Below are positions 1-9,376 of a DNA stretch of 42,758 nucleotides, one piece after another. Where the stretch lies: IMG/VR virus record IMGVR_UViG_3300009179_000175, positions 1 through 42,758 of that record, one strand, 5' to 3'. The notes under the pieces were generated by a model. That model was given only the letters and a program-made list of their open reading frames with translations. It did not search any database and was not told the DNA's origin. The stretch is from a virus. The position numbers and the translations under genes are program-made. The stretch's first letter is position 1. The number at the start of each line of letters is the position of its first letter.

Positions 1-1455
1 CTCGGCTATGAGCTCTGGGGTTTTGCTTGTAGGCGACGACGAAGACGAATCGCAAATCATCACCGATGATAGTCCAATGCACTATATCGACATCCTTATC
101 TGCTCCCAGATAGTGAGAGCTGCTTCTCTTATGATAGCGCCTCAAGAAAACGGACTGGTCGGGATAATTCTTTAACGAAAGAGTGCAGCTGTTTCTCCCG
201 ACATCATTCACAACCAGCTTTTCATCTAAAGCCGATGATAGGGAAGTGAATTCTCTGTTAGCATTCCTGCTCCACGCTCCACCCCCGACGGGAGATCTCT
301 TTATCAAGAACGAGCCCTCCTCATCTTCGTAGTCTTCTCCGAGTGACAGTGAAGTAAATCGATGTCTGACCCAATCTTTCTACTCTCCAGCAGCCATTCA
401 ACCCGTCCTGTACGATGCCATCGATGTAGATCATATCCCCGATGATGAAGTCATGCACTATTTCGCTGCCACCTCCGTATTCTATATCGGTAGTATTGAG
501 CCAGAGACCGATTTCCGAGTTTCCGTTACCCAGCGGTTCTGCTGTGATTACCGTAAACATTCTATGGCTCAGCCCTCTAACCAAGAGAGTGTCCAACTGC
601 TGGGCTGCAGAATTAGGAGGACTGGATAGGATTCTGCTTGTCATCACGTTATCGCTAATCGTTGTCAGCATCGGAGAAGTGTACGGAATGAATGGCGTAG
701 AGAGTGCTTGCCACGTTTTTTCGACATACTCTTGCGTGAGTTCTTTTTCGTAATTAACCGATAGATTGCTGACTGTCCCACCAAAGACGGCCACTCGATT
801 CCAGTTATCGTCCTGAAAGCGATAGTATAGAGTAGGAGATGTGTATGCCGGTAAAGTCACAAGATTTCTATTCACGGCAATAGCACCATCGACTACGACC
901 GTCACAATTAGATTACGGTCGTCGATCCATTCGATATCGCCGATGATTCTACTACCGGCAGGGTAATTGGCGATCGGATAAGACATCACCGTGGTATTCC
1001 AGTAATTACCCGAATTGGTGTATCTGTTTACCTTGGAATACGCCGTGGTAGAAGTGAAAATGCAGTCGCCGACCACGATGGTTCCCCCGACATGCAGCGC
1101 TTCTATTCTTCTCCTCTTGCTCCACATATTATGGGTGACATTGTAGATTATCTCTAATTCGACACCGTTTATGCGCGAGTGATACCCCGATATTCTATAA
1201 TTGGATGGAAATCCTGCTGGATTGAATCCGGAGGAAGGAACCACCGTCATGCCTGTCAGCGGCAGCAGATCGTGAAGACTCGCCGACATTGGGACCTTGT
1301 AAGATATGCCGAGCATTATCTGCCGTCAGATGTCTCTCGTTTCCTGAGCAATCTATGATGCTATGGCTTTCATTATAGGCGGTCAAGGAATCGTCGTTTA
1401 ATGGCCAATAGCCCCACGGTCGATGAGCCAGGACATAGTCGCTGTAAGAAATCAT
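1..1455 (-). CDS. Large virion/tail-associated protein with LamG-like N-terminus; reconstructed across two +1 shifts (CGG at 1311-1309 and 341-339); runs off the window edge
   Basis: ORF 1195..1455 (YSDYVLAHRPWGYWPLND...SGNERH) joins ORF 321..1316 by skipping one C at 1311. A second skip at 341 gives GEDYEDEEGSF...WTIIGDDLRFVF, open to position 1. The ATG overlaps the upstream stop (ATGA). Confidence 0.7.
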
Positions 1456-3284
1456 AGATTCACCGGAAGGTCTATAAACTCGGAAGGAGTGACCGGACCG
1501 TAAGCTCTGTACCTAACCGATAGATCGGATGCACTGAATACCAAGATGTCTATGTTCGCATTGTTATAGAAGATAGCCTCGTATTCTCCCGTATTAGGAT
1601 CGCTGATGAGCTCTTGGATAAATGCTCCGGTATAAGAGTTGTAGAATCTTAAGGTGGCTTGATACGGAACACCTAACAAAGTCACGATACCTCTAATACG
1701 ATAGGTGACGGTATAGGTGTAATGATTTTTTATCTGTTGAGCTTGTAAAGCATAACCGTAATAAGCGAGTTTGCAAATAGACCCGTTGCAGTTAAGTTGC
1801 CCGGGTAACGAGTTCATTACGACGAGCTGCCCGGGCTGCCCGACAGATCTCGTTGCCTCTATGCTCGAATCATGCAGTATACCATCTAACCAAAGCTCCA
1901 TCATTCCATTCGATCTTCGAAGAATGACGATATGGTGCCAGTTACCATCGTTGAATAGAAAGCGGCTGTTGTTATCGTTTAGATATCTCGAGTTTAAGAC
2001 AGCCCCATTGTCGCCTTCGGTGAATTGCAGGCACCCGATGAATTCCTGATTATCTCTCATGTTTATCTGAATCAGCGGGCCATCGAAGGGCCACGCTAAT
2101 TCCTGCGACGCCAGTAATACCGCTCTTCTTAGCGAGCTTACCGCAAACCACGCCTCATAGGAGTATGCCGAGTTAATCTGTCTTGGGATATAGGTATTGT
2201 AAGTGTTCTGGGAAATGAACGTTGCCATTCCTCCATCTCCGAACGATGCCGCTTTCGATCCCATCAGATTATCGGGACCATCGACACCTCTATGGAAATT
2301 GAAGTTTCTGACCCCCAGGTAAGTACCTTGTAATCCTCCGACTGCTGGATAGACTGTAAAGTCGATGGTCGAATCGGTATCGGCGAATGTCCAGAAGGAA
2401 GATGCGAACTCGTGAGCGATCATCTTATCATAGGGGAAGATTTTAGAGAAGTGGTTCGAGACCTCATCCGAAGAGAGTGCTCTATCATAGATCGCTATTT
2501 GATCCAGTCTGAAATCAGATGTATGATAATCCGATTGCCTATTGCTTCCGGTTCTTCCTGCAATCAAAATCGGGTTATTGAGATTGGTATTGGGGAAGAC
2601 GTCGAAGTAAGTCTGGCTCGCAGTTCCCACCAAATAACCGTTGACGTAGACGCTGGCGGTTCCTCTATATTGCCCGTTATCTACCAAGAGATTTTCCCAA
2701 ACCAGAACATAGTGGTTCACCGTACCTATCAGATTATACGCTGTAGTGATATCGTGATAGGCTGTGACGTTTCCAGCGGGAGTAGAGGCAATAATACGAG
2801 ATCTATCGCTGTAAGGGAAAGAAAAGTAGATGTCGAACACACCGCTTTTAGATATGATAGGACGGGTATAACTGCTGTAGGCGCTGGTGCCTTCATCCCC
2901 TGAGGATGCCTTGAAGAAGAGGAATTCGACCGAAAATGCTCCGTATCTGGGAAACGCATATGACAGCGTATGCGGCACTTCGAGATATGTCTTAGCCCAT
3001 TGGTTAGGGTGCGCCGGTTGTCTACCGGCAAAAGCGAAACTCATCGATTGCTGGTCGGTTTGCTCGAAGTCAACAAGAGAAGGCATCCCCAAGCGATAGC
3101 CCGGATAGGTCTCGTTATCGTTGTGCAGTATCGCCGGATTGAGGTTATCTATTTCGTCGATGATGTAGTTAGGCTCGCCGGGAGGTACTATCAGTTTTCT
3201 CGATCCAGAGTCGAAAGCATCTCCATCGAATGTCCAGAGAGAAACGGCGTCGTCGTCTATCTGAGTTTGCTTGAATCCCGCCAT
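1452..3284 (-). CDS. Virion structural protein with two LamG/concanavalin-A-like domains (VrlC-like)
   Basis: 610 aa; two LamG-like repeats (LDQIAIYDRALS; WHHIVI...LWLDG); late promoter upstream. Confidence 0.7.
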   Translation of the reverse strand: MAGFKQTQIDDDAVSLWTFDGDAFDSGSRKLIVPPGEPNYIIDEIDNLNPAILHNDNETYPGYRLGMPSLVDFEQTDQQSMSFAFAGRQPAHPNQWAKTYLEVPHTLSYAFPRYGAFSVEFLFFKASSGDEGTSAYSSYTRPIISKSGVFDIYFSFPYSDRSRIIASTPAGNVTAYHDITTAYNLIGTVNHYVLVWENLLVDNGQYRGTASVYVNGYLVGTASQTYFDVFPNTNLNNPILIAGRTGSNRQSDYHTSDFRLDQIAIYDRALSSDEVSNHFSKIFPYDKMIAHEFASSFWTFADTDSTIDFTVYPAVGGLQGTYLGVRNFNFHRGVDGPDNLMGSKAASFGDGGMATFISQNTYNTYIPRQINSAYSYEAWFAVSSLRRAVLLASQELAWPFDGPLIQINMRDNQEFIGCLQFTEGDNGAVLNSRYLNDNNSRFLFNDGNWHHIVILRRSNGMMELWLDGILHDSSIEATRSVGQPGQLVVMNSLPGQLNCNGSICKLAYYGYALQAQQIKNHYTYTVTYRIRGIVTLLGVPYQATLRFYNSYTGAFIQELISDPNTGEYEAIFYNNANIDILVFSASDLSVRYRAYGPVTPSEFIDLPVNL

Positions 3285-3316
3285 TATAATGTCCTCTTAT
3301 TGTAAATGTCTTCGTC

Positions 3317-3324
3317 TATTTATC
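3317..3324 (-). promoter_or_regulatory. T4-type late promoter variant (GATAAATA)
   Basis: Matches the TATAAATA consensus at 7/8, about 30 nt upstream of the 3284 start and just after a terminator. Confidence 0.6.
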
Positions 3325-3338
3325 TATCTTTCAGACAT

Positions 3339-3364
3339 AAAAAAACCTCCGGTTAAGGAGGTTT
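3339..3364 (-). terminator. Rho-independent terminator
   Basis: AAACCTCC-ttaacc-GGAGGTTT followed by a T run on the minus strand, just after the 3387 stop. Confidence 0.8.
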
Positions 3365-3386
3365 AGGATTTCAGAGGGTGCAACTA

Positions 3387-4076
3387 TCAGAGAGAGGCTA
3401 ACGCTGCTCTAACCACTGGAGCGGATTCGGCAGTGAGTACTTCTCTATTCAGCACGATCGACATGATCCTTTCCAGGCGGGAATCTTGCTGAGTGACATC
3501 GAAGGCTCTGAGTGCTGTCATGAAACTCGACGCATCTGCAGGTCCGCCCGCCTCGATAACGATAGTGGGCACCGATGTGAAAGTGACTCCGACTGGAGCG
3601 GTAACGGTATCTACTGCACCGGTGTCGATAGTCGCTGCACCGTATGACCAATTCGGATTACCACCGCCGTCGAACTTAGCGACTGCTGTGGTGTAATTGG
3701 ATCCGCCGGTACCTACGGTAATGGTATCGATGGCAAATTCGACTACGGTGTCGACAGTGCATCCGGTTCCACCTGCTGGGGCGACAGTCGTGGCAACGTT
3801 CGTGGCATTGGCGTAACCGCTACCTGCAGACGTTTGAACGACGTTCTTCACCGCGCCTAACGTGGTGACTTCGGTTACGGTGAGAGTACCACCCGTACCG
3901 CCGGCTACGGTTAGGATATCACCTAACGAGTATCCCAGTCCTCTGGATCGAACTTTGGCGGATCTGATTCCACCGGTGGCTTCAAGAGCGGCTGTTGCAG
4001 TAGCACCGGCTCCGGCTCCACCTCTGGCCAATCTGTCTATTTCTTTAGAGTATGTTTGAATTTCTACGGCATCCAT
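3387..4076 (-). CDS. Gly/Thr/Ala-rich virion protein (fibre/decoration-like)
   Basis: 229 aa with repeated G-x-G-Y and 'ITVGTGGSNYT' motifs typical of T4-like fibre/wedge repeats. Confidence 0.6.
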   Translation of the reverse strand: MDAVEIQTYSKEIDRLARGGAGAGATATAALEATGGIRSAKVRSRGLGYSLGDILTVAGGTGGTLTVTEVTTLGAVKNVVQTSAGSGYANATNVATTVAPAGGTGCTVDTVVEFAIDTITVGTGGSNYTTAVAKFDGGGNPNWSYGAATIDTGAVDTVTAPVGVTFTSVPTIVIEAGGPADASSFMTALRAFDVTQQDSRLERIMSIVLNREVLTAESAPVVRAALASL

Positions 4077-4085
4077 GGCTTTGTC

Positions 4086-4364
4086 CTATGATTGAGTGTG
4101 AATGGTTCCGGTATGACCTTGCGCTTTGAAGTGCTTTACAGCAGCCTTCTTGGCAGCGGAATAAGTTCCATTATGCTGGAACAAATCTTCCTTCGGGTGT
4201 TTCGAGAAGTCGTGGCTCTGGTGCTTGGAGAACATCCAGTTTCCTGTTCCACTGGGTTTCTTACCGTGCGCGCCTTGATAAGATGTATCACTGACCGACA
4301 CGGTACCTTCGTCGAGAGTCTGTTCTTCTAAAAACTCTTCAAATGATTGAAGTTTCATTGTCAT
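4086..4364 (-). CDS. Small His/Lys-rich candidate internal head protein
   Basis: N-terminus MKLQSFEEFLEE resembles the T4 internal-protein capsid-targeting sequence MKTYQEFIAE. Confidence 0.6.
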   Translation of the reverse strand: MTMKLQSFEEFLEEQTLDEGTVSVSDTSYQGAHGKKPSGTGNWMFSKHQSHDFSKHPKEDLFQHNGTYSAAKKAAVKHFKAQGHTGTIHTQS

Positions 4365-4371
4365 TGTCCGA

Positions 4372-4800
4372 TTAGCACGTTGCGCGAGTGATTCTGAGCT
4401 GACCGGCTAGAATCTTCGGCGCGCCGTCGCCGTTATTAACGGTCTTTGGCGTAGTCAGGTAGGCGACATAATACATGTTACCCGACGTCTGGGCATCGTA
4501 GAGTCCTGCTCCAGCAATCGTACCCCAGTTCGCTGTCGGTACATTGTATGTCAAGTCGCTGATGTTGCTGTACTCTCTATTGGCGCCCGACGGGCCTTGC
4601 CAACCATTAGTAGCAAGAATTTGAATGCGCCCGTAGTTCGTACCGCTGGTAGAGACCTCAGTACCACCTGTTCCATCAAGAGCGGGCACGGTTGTGAAAA
4701 GAGCTACCCAAAGGCTTGCAGGAGCCGTCCAGGAAGTATTCTTCAAAAGGTAATTCATTTGAGAGTCATGAAGATAATTTGATGTTGTGGCTGATGGCAT
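4372..4800 (-). CDS. Conserved small phage tail/structural protein
   Basis: Motifs LWVALFT..P...GGTEVS..NYGR and WGTI...GLYDAQTSGN, common in phage tail-associated proteins. Confidence 0.7.
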   Translation of the reverse strand: MPSATTSNYLHDSQMNYLLKNTSWTAPASLWVALFTTVPALDGTGGTEVSTSGTNYGRIQILATNGWQGPSGANREYSNISDLTYNVPTANWGTIAGAGLYDAQTSGNMYYVAYLTTPKTVNNGDGAPKILAGQLRITRATC

Positions 4801-4864
4801 GGTTTTTAACTCCTGTATTATATGAAACTAGAGCTGACATCACGCCAACTCATCTGGTATAGGC

Positions 4865-4872
4865 TATTTATA
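4865..4872 (-). promoter_or_regulatory. T4-type late promoter TATAAATA
   Basis: Exact consensus in the intergenic gap upstream of 4800. Confidence 0.75.
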
Positions 4873-4879
4873 GAAGACA

Positions 4880-5467
4880 TCATAAACGGAATTCCTGCTT
4901 CTTCGAAATGGAATCCCATTGAGCATCCGAAAGCTGAAATGTGGCTTTAACATCTTTGGCTTTATTAAGAACAGTTAATGCCTCGGGCATTAGATTAGAA
5001 ACGATAGACCCCTGCCATATGATAAAGGGAAAGCACCATGCAGGACCGATCGAATCTCCTTCCATAAACATTTGAGACTCATTATAAAGGTATTGGTATT
5101 TGATGTTGGAAGGGTACTTATTCATATCTTTGTTAGCATCCAGAGATCTGGTCATCTGCGTATGCTGGATCGACGCATACCAAACGAAAACATGACTCCC
5201 TTCGGGTGTATGGTAAATCAAAACTCTATAGTCATTGGAAGGGGCTTTCATGATAGCCGATACATCGGAGGCTAAAAAGGACTTTGCATATCTCGTTAGA
5301 TTGAGAGAAGACCCCGGAACATGCTCATAAAACATCATGATGGTTTGGGCGCTCGATGCCCCTTTAGGGCCTCCCCTCTTCGAAACTGTCGATACGGGGA
5401 TGAGGAACTGCTTGGCACCGTGGCTATTGAAGTCTTCTAAAACGAAATTGGCAAAGGATTTCATCAT
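4880..5467 (-). CDS. Candidate internal head protein; distant paralog of the 6609 and 7548 proteins
   Basis: Starts MKSFANFVLE; shares an R.....(V/Y)xW.....H motif with the other two. Confidence 0.55.
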   Translation of the reverse strand: MMKSFANFVLEDFNSHGAKQFLIPVSTVSKRGGPKGASSAQTIMMFYEHVPGSSLNLTRYAKSFLASDVSAIMKAPSNDYRVLIYHTPEGSHVFVWYASIQHTQMTRSLDANKDMNKYPSNIKYQYLYNESQMFMEGDSIGPAWCFPFIIWQGSIVSNLMPEALTVLNKAKDVKATFQLSDAQWDSISKKQEFRL

Positions 5468-6573
5468 AAAATGCTACTCAGTTGCTCTATAAGAGTTCTC
5501 TTGGCGAGTCGATTAGAATCGATCAGATTGTCAATAGAACTTCCGACAACCGATCGTCTGAAGATGTAGCATTTATTTATTCTTTGTGCGATTTCCTTGA
5601 CAGAGCACGACTTACGAACCTGCGATAAGCTGGGTGCCCAATCTATCTCTCCGGATGCGATAATCGGAACACCGCAGGCAACGGAATCGGCTGCCACCAG
5701 ATTAAAAGTCTCCGAGAAAGAGACCTGCAGACTGATGTCTATCTCATTGGTCAGCAAGAGTTGGAAGTCATCATTCGATAGCCAGCTGTGCTCGACTAAA
5801 CTGTGGTCCGTTCGAGCCGCGAACACTTCGCGTATATTGTTAAGAATATTCTCAGAACCGAAGCCTTCGGTTCTTCCGGTATTGATATGGTAGTAAAGTT
5901 TGGCGCCGTTTCTATCTGCATACTCGATCGCGGCTAAAGCCTGAGCCATCTGATTCTTCAAACCTCTAATCGCACCGAAGCACCCGATATGCACTTCATC
6001 GTCGAAGTCGGGTTTTATCTGCGGATCGTTATCGGGCAGTCGAAAGTAATTGGGTAGACAAAGGATTAAGTTGGGTTGATTGCGGTATAGCATCTTAAAA
6101 TCTCTGAACGTGTCTTTAGAATTCAGAGCCACATAGATGTTCTGCTCGGAAAGATATCGTCTAATCCAATTGAAAGCGATACCTTCGAAGGAAAGGAATG
6201 GTACTTCTGAATGGATTCTGATGACCCATTTCACGGTCGGATGCAGAGCCTTGAGTACCGCGAATTTCTCGGGTACTACCCAAAGAGCTTCTATGATAAC
6301 GATGTCGGGACGGTAGAGCGTCACTTCTCTATCTATCGAGTTGTTATCTACTACCGATACCAGATTGATGGTGATTCCCGGCACACTCTCTAAGGCAAAG
6401 ACTATATGCTGGGCCGAGTTAAAGAGTCCAGTCGAAAGGGTATTGGGCGTTTCAAATCCATAATTGTTCTTTGATTTGGTGATAATTAAAATGTTCATCT
6501 TTTTAATTTCCTGAATTGGTTCGTCATTGATACCAAATATTTTTAGAATCCTTCTTATAATATTGATAAACAT
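5464..6573 (-). CDS. Glycosyltransferase (GT-B fold)
   Basis: IGCFGAIRGLKN and SFSETFNLVAADSVACGVPII match the GT4-like C-terminal motif. Confidence 0.75.
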   Translation of the reverse strand: MFINIIRRILKIFGINDEPIQEIKKMNILIITKSKNNYGFETPNTLSTGLFNSAQHIVFALESVPGITINLVSVVDNNSIDREVTLYRPDIVIIEALWVVPEKFAVLKALHPTVKWVIRIHSEVPFLSFEGIAFNWIRRYLSEQNIYVALNSKDTFRDFKMLYRNQPNLILCLPNYFRLPDNDPQIKPDFDDEVHIGCFGAIRGLKNQMAQALAAIEYADRNGAKLYYHINTGRTEGFGSENILNNIREVFAARTDHSLVEHSWLSNDDFQLLLTNEIDISLQVSFSETFNLVAADSVACGVPIIASGEIDWAPSLSQVRKSCSVKEIAQRINKCYIFRRSVVGSSIDNLIDSNRLAKRTLIEQLSSIL

Positions 6574-6608
6574 AGCAATAGTCTTCTCTTAAATTGTCGT
6601 TTTTCATG

Positions 6609-7160
6609 TTATTTTTTAGAATACTGCAACAACAAAGCCGGGGATGATTTAGTATCGTATTCATCTATAAACTTACCTACCCACTTGTATCTATCGATGA
6701 TATCGGGTAAATCATCGAGCAACTCTTTCAGCTCAAAATAAGGTAGGGGCAGGAAGGATGAGTCCAAACTTCTTCGAGCTTTCCCTTTCATACTGTGAAT
6801 CACGGCACCGAAATAGGTGTCCATGCCGTCATTCTGTGCAAATGATAGACGCCCATCGATTAACCTGCACTCTCCGCAGAGCGCTTGATCGAGGTTATCG
6901 TGCTGGGTTCTTGGTATTACCTTATCCTTGGTGAGTTTAGCCAGAGCCACATCGTGGATGATGTCCATCCCTGACCAAACATAGATCTTCTTCTTGGATA
7001 AGACAGCGGCGAAACGAACCAAATCATTCGTCAATCCCGCTTTCCTGAGATCGACCAATTCTTTAGAGGACGGATTCTCATAGATGGGGAAGGTGGTGTC
7101 CCTTTTGGTTATGTCGACCACCCACTTTTCTTTGATGTAGTCGTGAAATAGAAGTATCAT
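6609..7160 (-). CDS. Candidate internal head protein, paralog of 7548..8123
   Basis: Starts MILLFHDYIKE; IYENPSSKELVDLRK..VRF..IYVW..H aligns with the 7548 protein; AATAAATA at 7186-7193. Confidence 0.6.
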   Translation of the reverse strand: MILLFHDYIKEKWVVDITKRDTTFPIYENPSSKELVDLRKAGLTNDLVRFAAVLSKKKIYVWSGMDIIHDVALAKLTKDKVIPRTQHDNLDQALCGECRLIDGRLSFAQNDGMDTYFGAVIHSMKGKARRSLDSSFLPLPYFELKELLDDLPDIIDRYKWVGKFIDEYDTKSSPALLLQYSKK

Positions 7161-7222
7161 AGCGCTTTCCGTCTCCTTTTACTTCTATTTATTCGTGTCC
7201 AAAATTACGGGCTCGATTACCT

Positions 7223-7525
7223 TCATTTTTGATCCGCCACGATAAATTTACCACCGTACATCCTCTTTTCTTTGTCGGTGGCTTTCCTAGTCAGTATGCT
7301 AGAGGTCTTGTTCTTTTCGGAAGAGGGATGAACCTCTGAAACTTTCATCGCTCCACTCTTGGAGGAATGCACGATGGTGTGAACACCACCCTTCTCCGAG
7401 TGATGATGAATGACTCCGTCTCCTGTTCTGATAACGGCTTTATGAGTCTTGGCAGCTTGGTCGGGCGTTCCAGCCACGATAGAGGGTGCCGAGGCTTCAC
7501 TTATAAATTGTTCGAATGTAATCAT
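7223..7525 (-). CDS. Small His/Lys-rich candidate internal head protein
   Basis: Starts MITFEQFISE; late-like CATAAATA at 7545-7552. Confidence 0.6.
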   Translation of the reverse strand: MITFEQFISEASAPSIVAGTPDQAAKTHKAVIRTGDGVIHHHSEKGGVHTIVHSSKSGAMKVSEVHPSSEKNKTSSILTRKATDKEKRMYGGKFIVADQK

Positions 7526-7547
7526 CGTAATCTCCTTTTCAGATTAT

Positions 7548-8123
7548 TTATGATTTAGTTTGGTTGACAATCTTTGACCAGATAGAAGCCTCCATGTAAC
7601 CATCGACATACTTGTCTATAAACTGAAACATCGACAACATCGATGGCGCCGCGTCTCTTAATTCTTGCACGGTTGTGAAGGGTGAGTAAAGAAAGCGTTT
7701 AGGTATAGACTCATTAGCTAGAATCTTTTCAACGACATAAGGATCCATTACAGGATTACGGTCGGCGTGATACTCTCTTTCCGCCATCTCGGCGTATCTT
7801 AAACGACTACCGGCTAACTGTGCAACTCCGGGAATGCACTTATCAATTCGACTGTACGAATCCTTTTCTATGATACCTTCTTTAGACAACTCATCGATTA
7901 CATCGGAGTGAGTAGCCTTAATCGCATTCCAGCAATACAAGCGCGATCCTTTAGCAAGAGCGAGGAATCTAACGGCACCATTCTCGAGGTTAGATTTTTT
8001 CAGTTCCAGCAAATCGGACGATCCCGGGTTTTTAAAGATCGAAACAGAACCTGGTGTGGAATAATAGGTGATGTTGATGTCCTTTTCCCAAACTTCTTTG
8101 ACAAACTGTTTAAAATTTTTCAT
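7548..8123 (-). CDS. Candidate internal head protein, paralog of 6609..7160
   Basis: Starts MKNFKQFVKE; IFKNPGSSDLLELKK..VRF..LYCW..H. Confidence 0.6.
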   Translation of the reverse strand: MKNFKQFVKEVWEKDINITYYSTPGSVSIFKNPGSSDLLELKKSNLENGAVRFLALAKGSRLYCWNAIKATHSDVIDELSKEGIIEKDSYSRIDKCIPGVAQLAGSRLRYAEMAEREYHADRNPVMDPYVVEKILANESIPKRFLYSPFTTVQELRDAAPSMLSMFQFIDKYVDGYMEASIWSKIVNQTKS

Positions 8124-8140
8124 GTTTTCCCTATGCTAGA

Positions 8141-9127
8141 TTATGGATTCAAATCGATTCTCGGAGCAGTGAACTTCATATGCACGTTGGAATTGGCATA
8201 CATGTGGCCATCTACCTGAATGTCGTAGTTACCACCGACGTGAAGCTCGTAGTTACCGTGAATGTACTCTTTGCAGTTACCGTAGACCTCGATGAACGAA
8301 TTGCCCTTGATCAGAAGATGGTTATCACCGTCTATGGTGCACATTCCATTGCCCCAGACATGGAGATGCTCGTCCTTCTCGATGATGACATGGCGCTCGT
8401 GCAGGACGCGATGCACCTCTAATCCGGTGGGATGGATCTCGGTAAAGGTGCCTTTCTTGTGCTGGAGGTAATAGCGCTCTGCACCCGGAGTATCGTCGAA
8501 CTCTTCGATATGACCGCAGTTATCCGGAGGACTGCTGCCGGAGACGTCGACATGCGGTTTAGGCTCTGTCTCTCTGACGTGATTGTAAGGGTATTGCGCT
8601 GCATAAGGAGTCGGCGGCTCCTTCCATTGCCCACCGAAGGCTTTATCCGCTTTATCGACTCGATCTCGTCTCCACTTGACGGGAGTCTTGTCCGTCTTTT
8701 CGTTTCGGGCTAATCGGCTGGTGTCCTGTTCACCGGCTTCATATCTCGTGTAGACGCCCTTCGGATCCCAGAAGCCCTTATCCGGTTTCGGCTTCTCGGG
8801 CTTACCGTAGACGGTGCCGAGTATGATCGGGTTTTGTGCGTTATGCCCGTCGAGGAAGAACCCTAAGACGGTAGTACCTTCTAAAATACCTGTCGGACTG
8901 AACCCCACTCCACCGAAGGAGGAGGACTGAATGGGAGATACGACGGCGGCCCAGAAGAGATCATCCGTCTTGATTTTATCTTTCTCATCGGTATGATAAC
9001 CGTAAACTCTGACCTTCAATCGACCCAGTTTCTCGGGATCGTGTCTATCTTCTATGACACCCAGAAAGTAAACGAACTGACCTAATGAAAAGCCACCAGT
9101 CTGAAGAGGATGATTGATGACACTCAA
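8141..9127 (-). CDS. gp5: Baseplate hub/central spike gp5 (OB-fold plus beta-helix, no lysozyme domain)
   Basis: GVIEDRHDPEKLGRLKVRVYGYH, YPYNHVRET, EFDDTPGAER and C-terminal VxG repeats. Confidence 0.9.
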   Translation of the reverse strand: MSVINHPLQTGGFSLGQFVYFLGVIEDRHDPEKLGRLKVRVYGYHTDEKDKIKTDDLFWAAVVSPIQSSSFGGVGFSPTGILEGTTVLGFFLDGHNAQNPIILGTVYGKPEKPKPDKGFWDPKGVYTRYEAGEQDTSRLARNEKTDKTPVKWRRDRVDKADKAFGGQWKEPPTPYAAQYPYNHVRETEPKPHVDVSGSSPPDNCGHIEEFDDTPGAERYYLQHKKGTFTEIHPTGLEVHRVLHERHVIIEKDEHLHVWGNGMCTIDGDNHLLIKGNSFIEVYGNCKEYIHGNYELHVGGNYDIQVDGHMYANSNVHMKFTAPRIDLNP

Positions 9128-9345
9128 GACACACCTCCTAATTCTCTCTTAACCTCTTCGACATCGTAGTCTAAAACGATACCGGTGGGTTCGGGAGTGA
9201 CTTGACCGTGAAAGAAGCCTCGTATGCCGGCTCTGTCGATAACGGCTTTCATAATCTCTCTCTTGTACTCGACCTCTTCGCGTGTCTCAGGTGGGTTTAG
9301 CTTTCTGTCGATTTCTTGTAAATCTATGATGTTTTTATTTTCCAC
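9124..9345 (-). CDS. Hypothetical protein
   Basis: 73 aa, AGGAG Shine-Dalgarno, stop overlaps the gp5 start. Confidence 0.6.
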   Translation of the reverse strand: MENKNIIDLQEIDRKLNPPETREEVEYKREIMKAVIDRAGIRGFFHGQVTPEPTGIVLDYDVEEVKRELGGVS

Positions 9346-9376
9346 TTCCGGCTCCTTTAAACATAATTTATCGATT

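Noticed and set aside
8141-9127. gp5 lacking a lysozyme domain as a novelty
   Set aside because: This is common among T4-like phages outside the T-even group.
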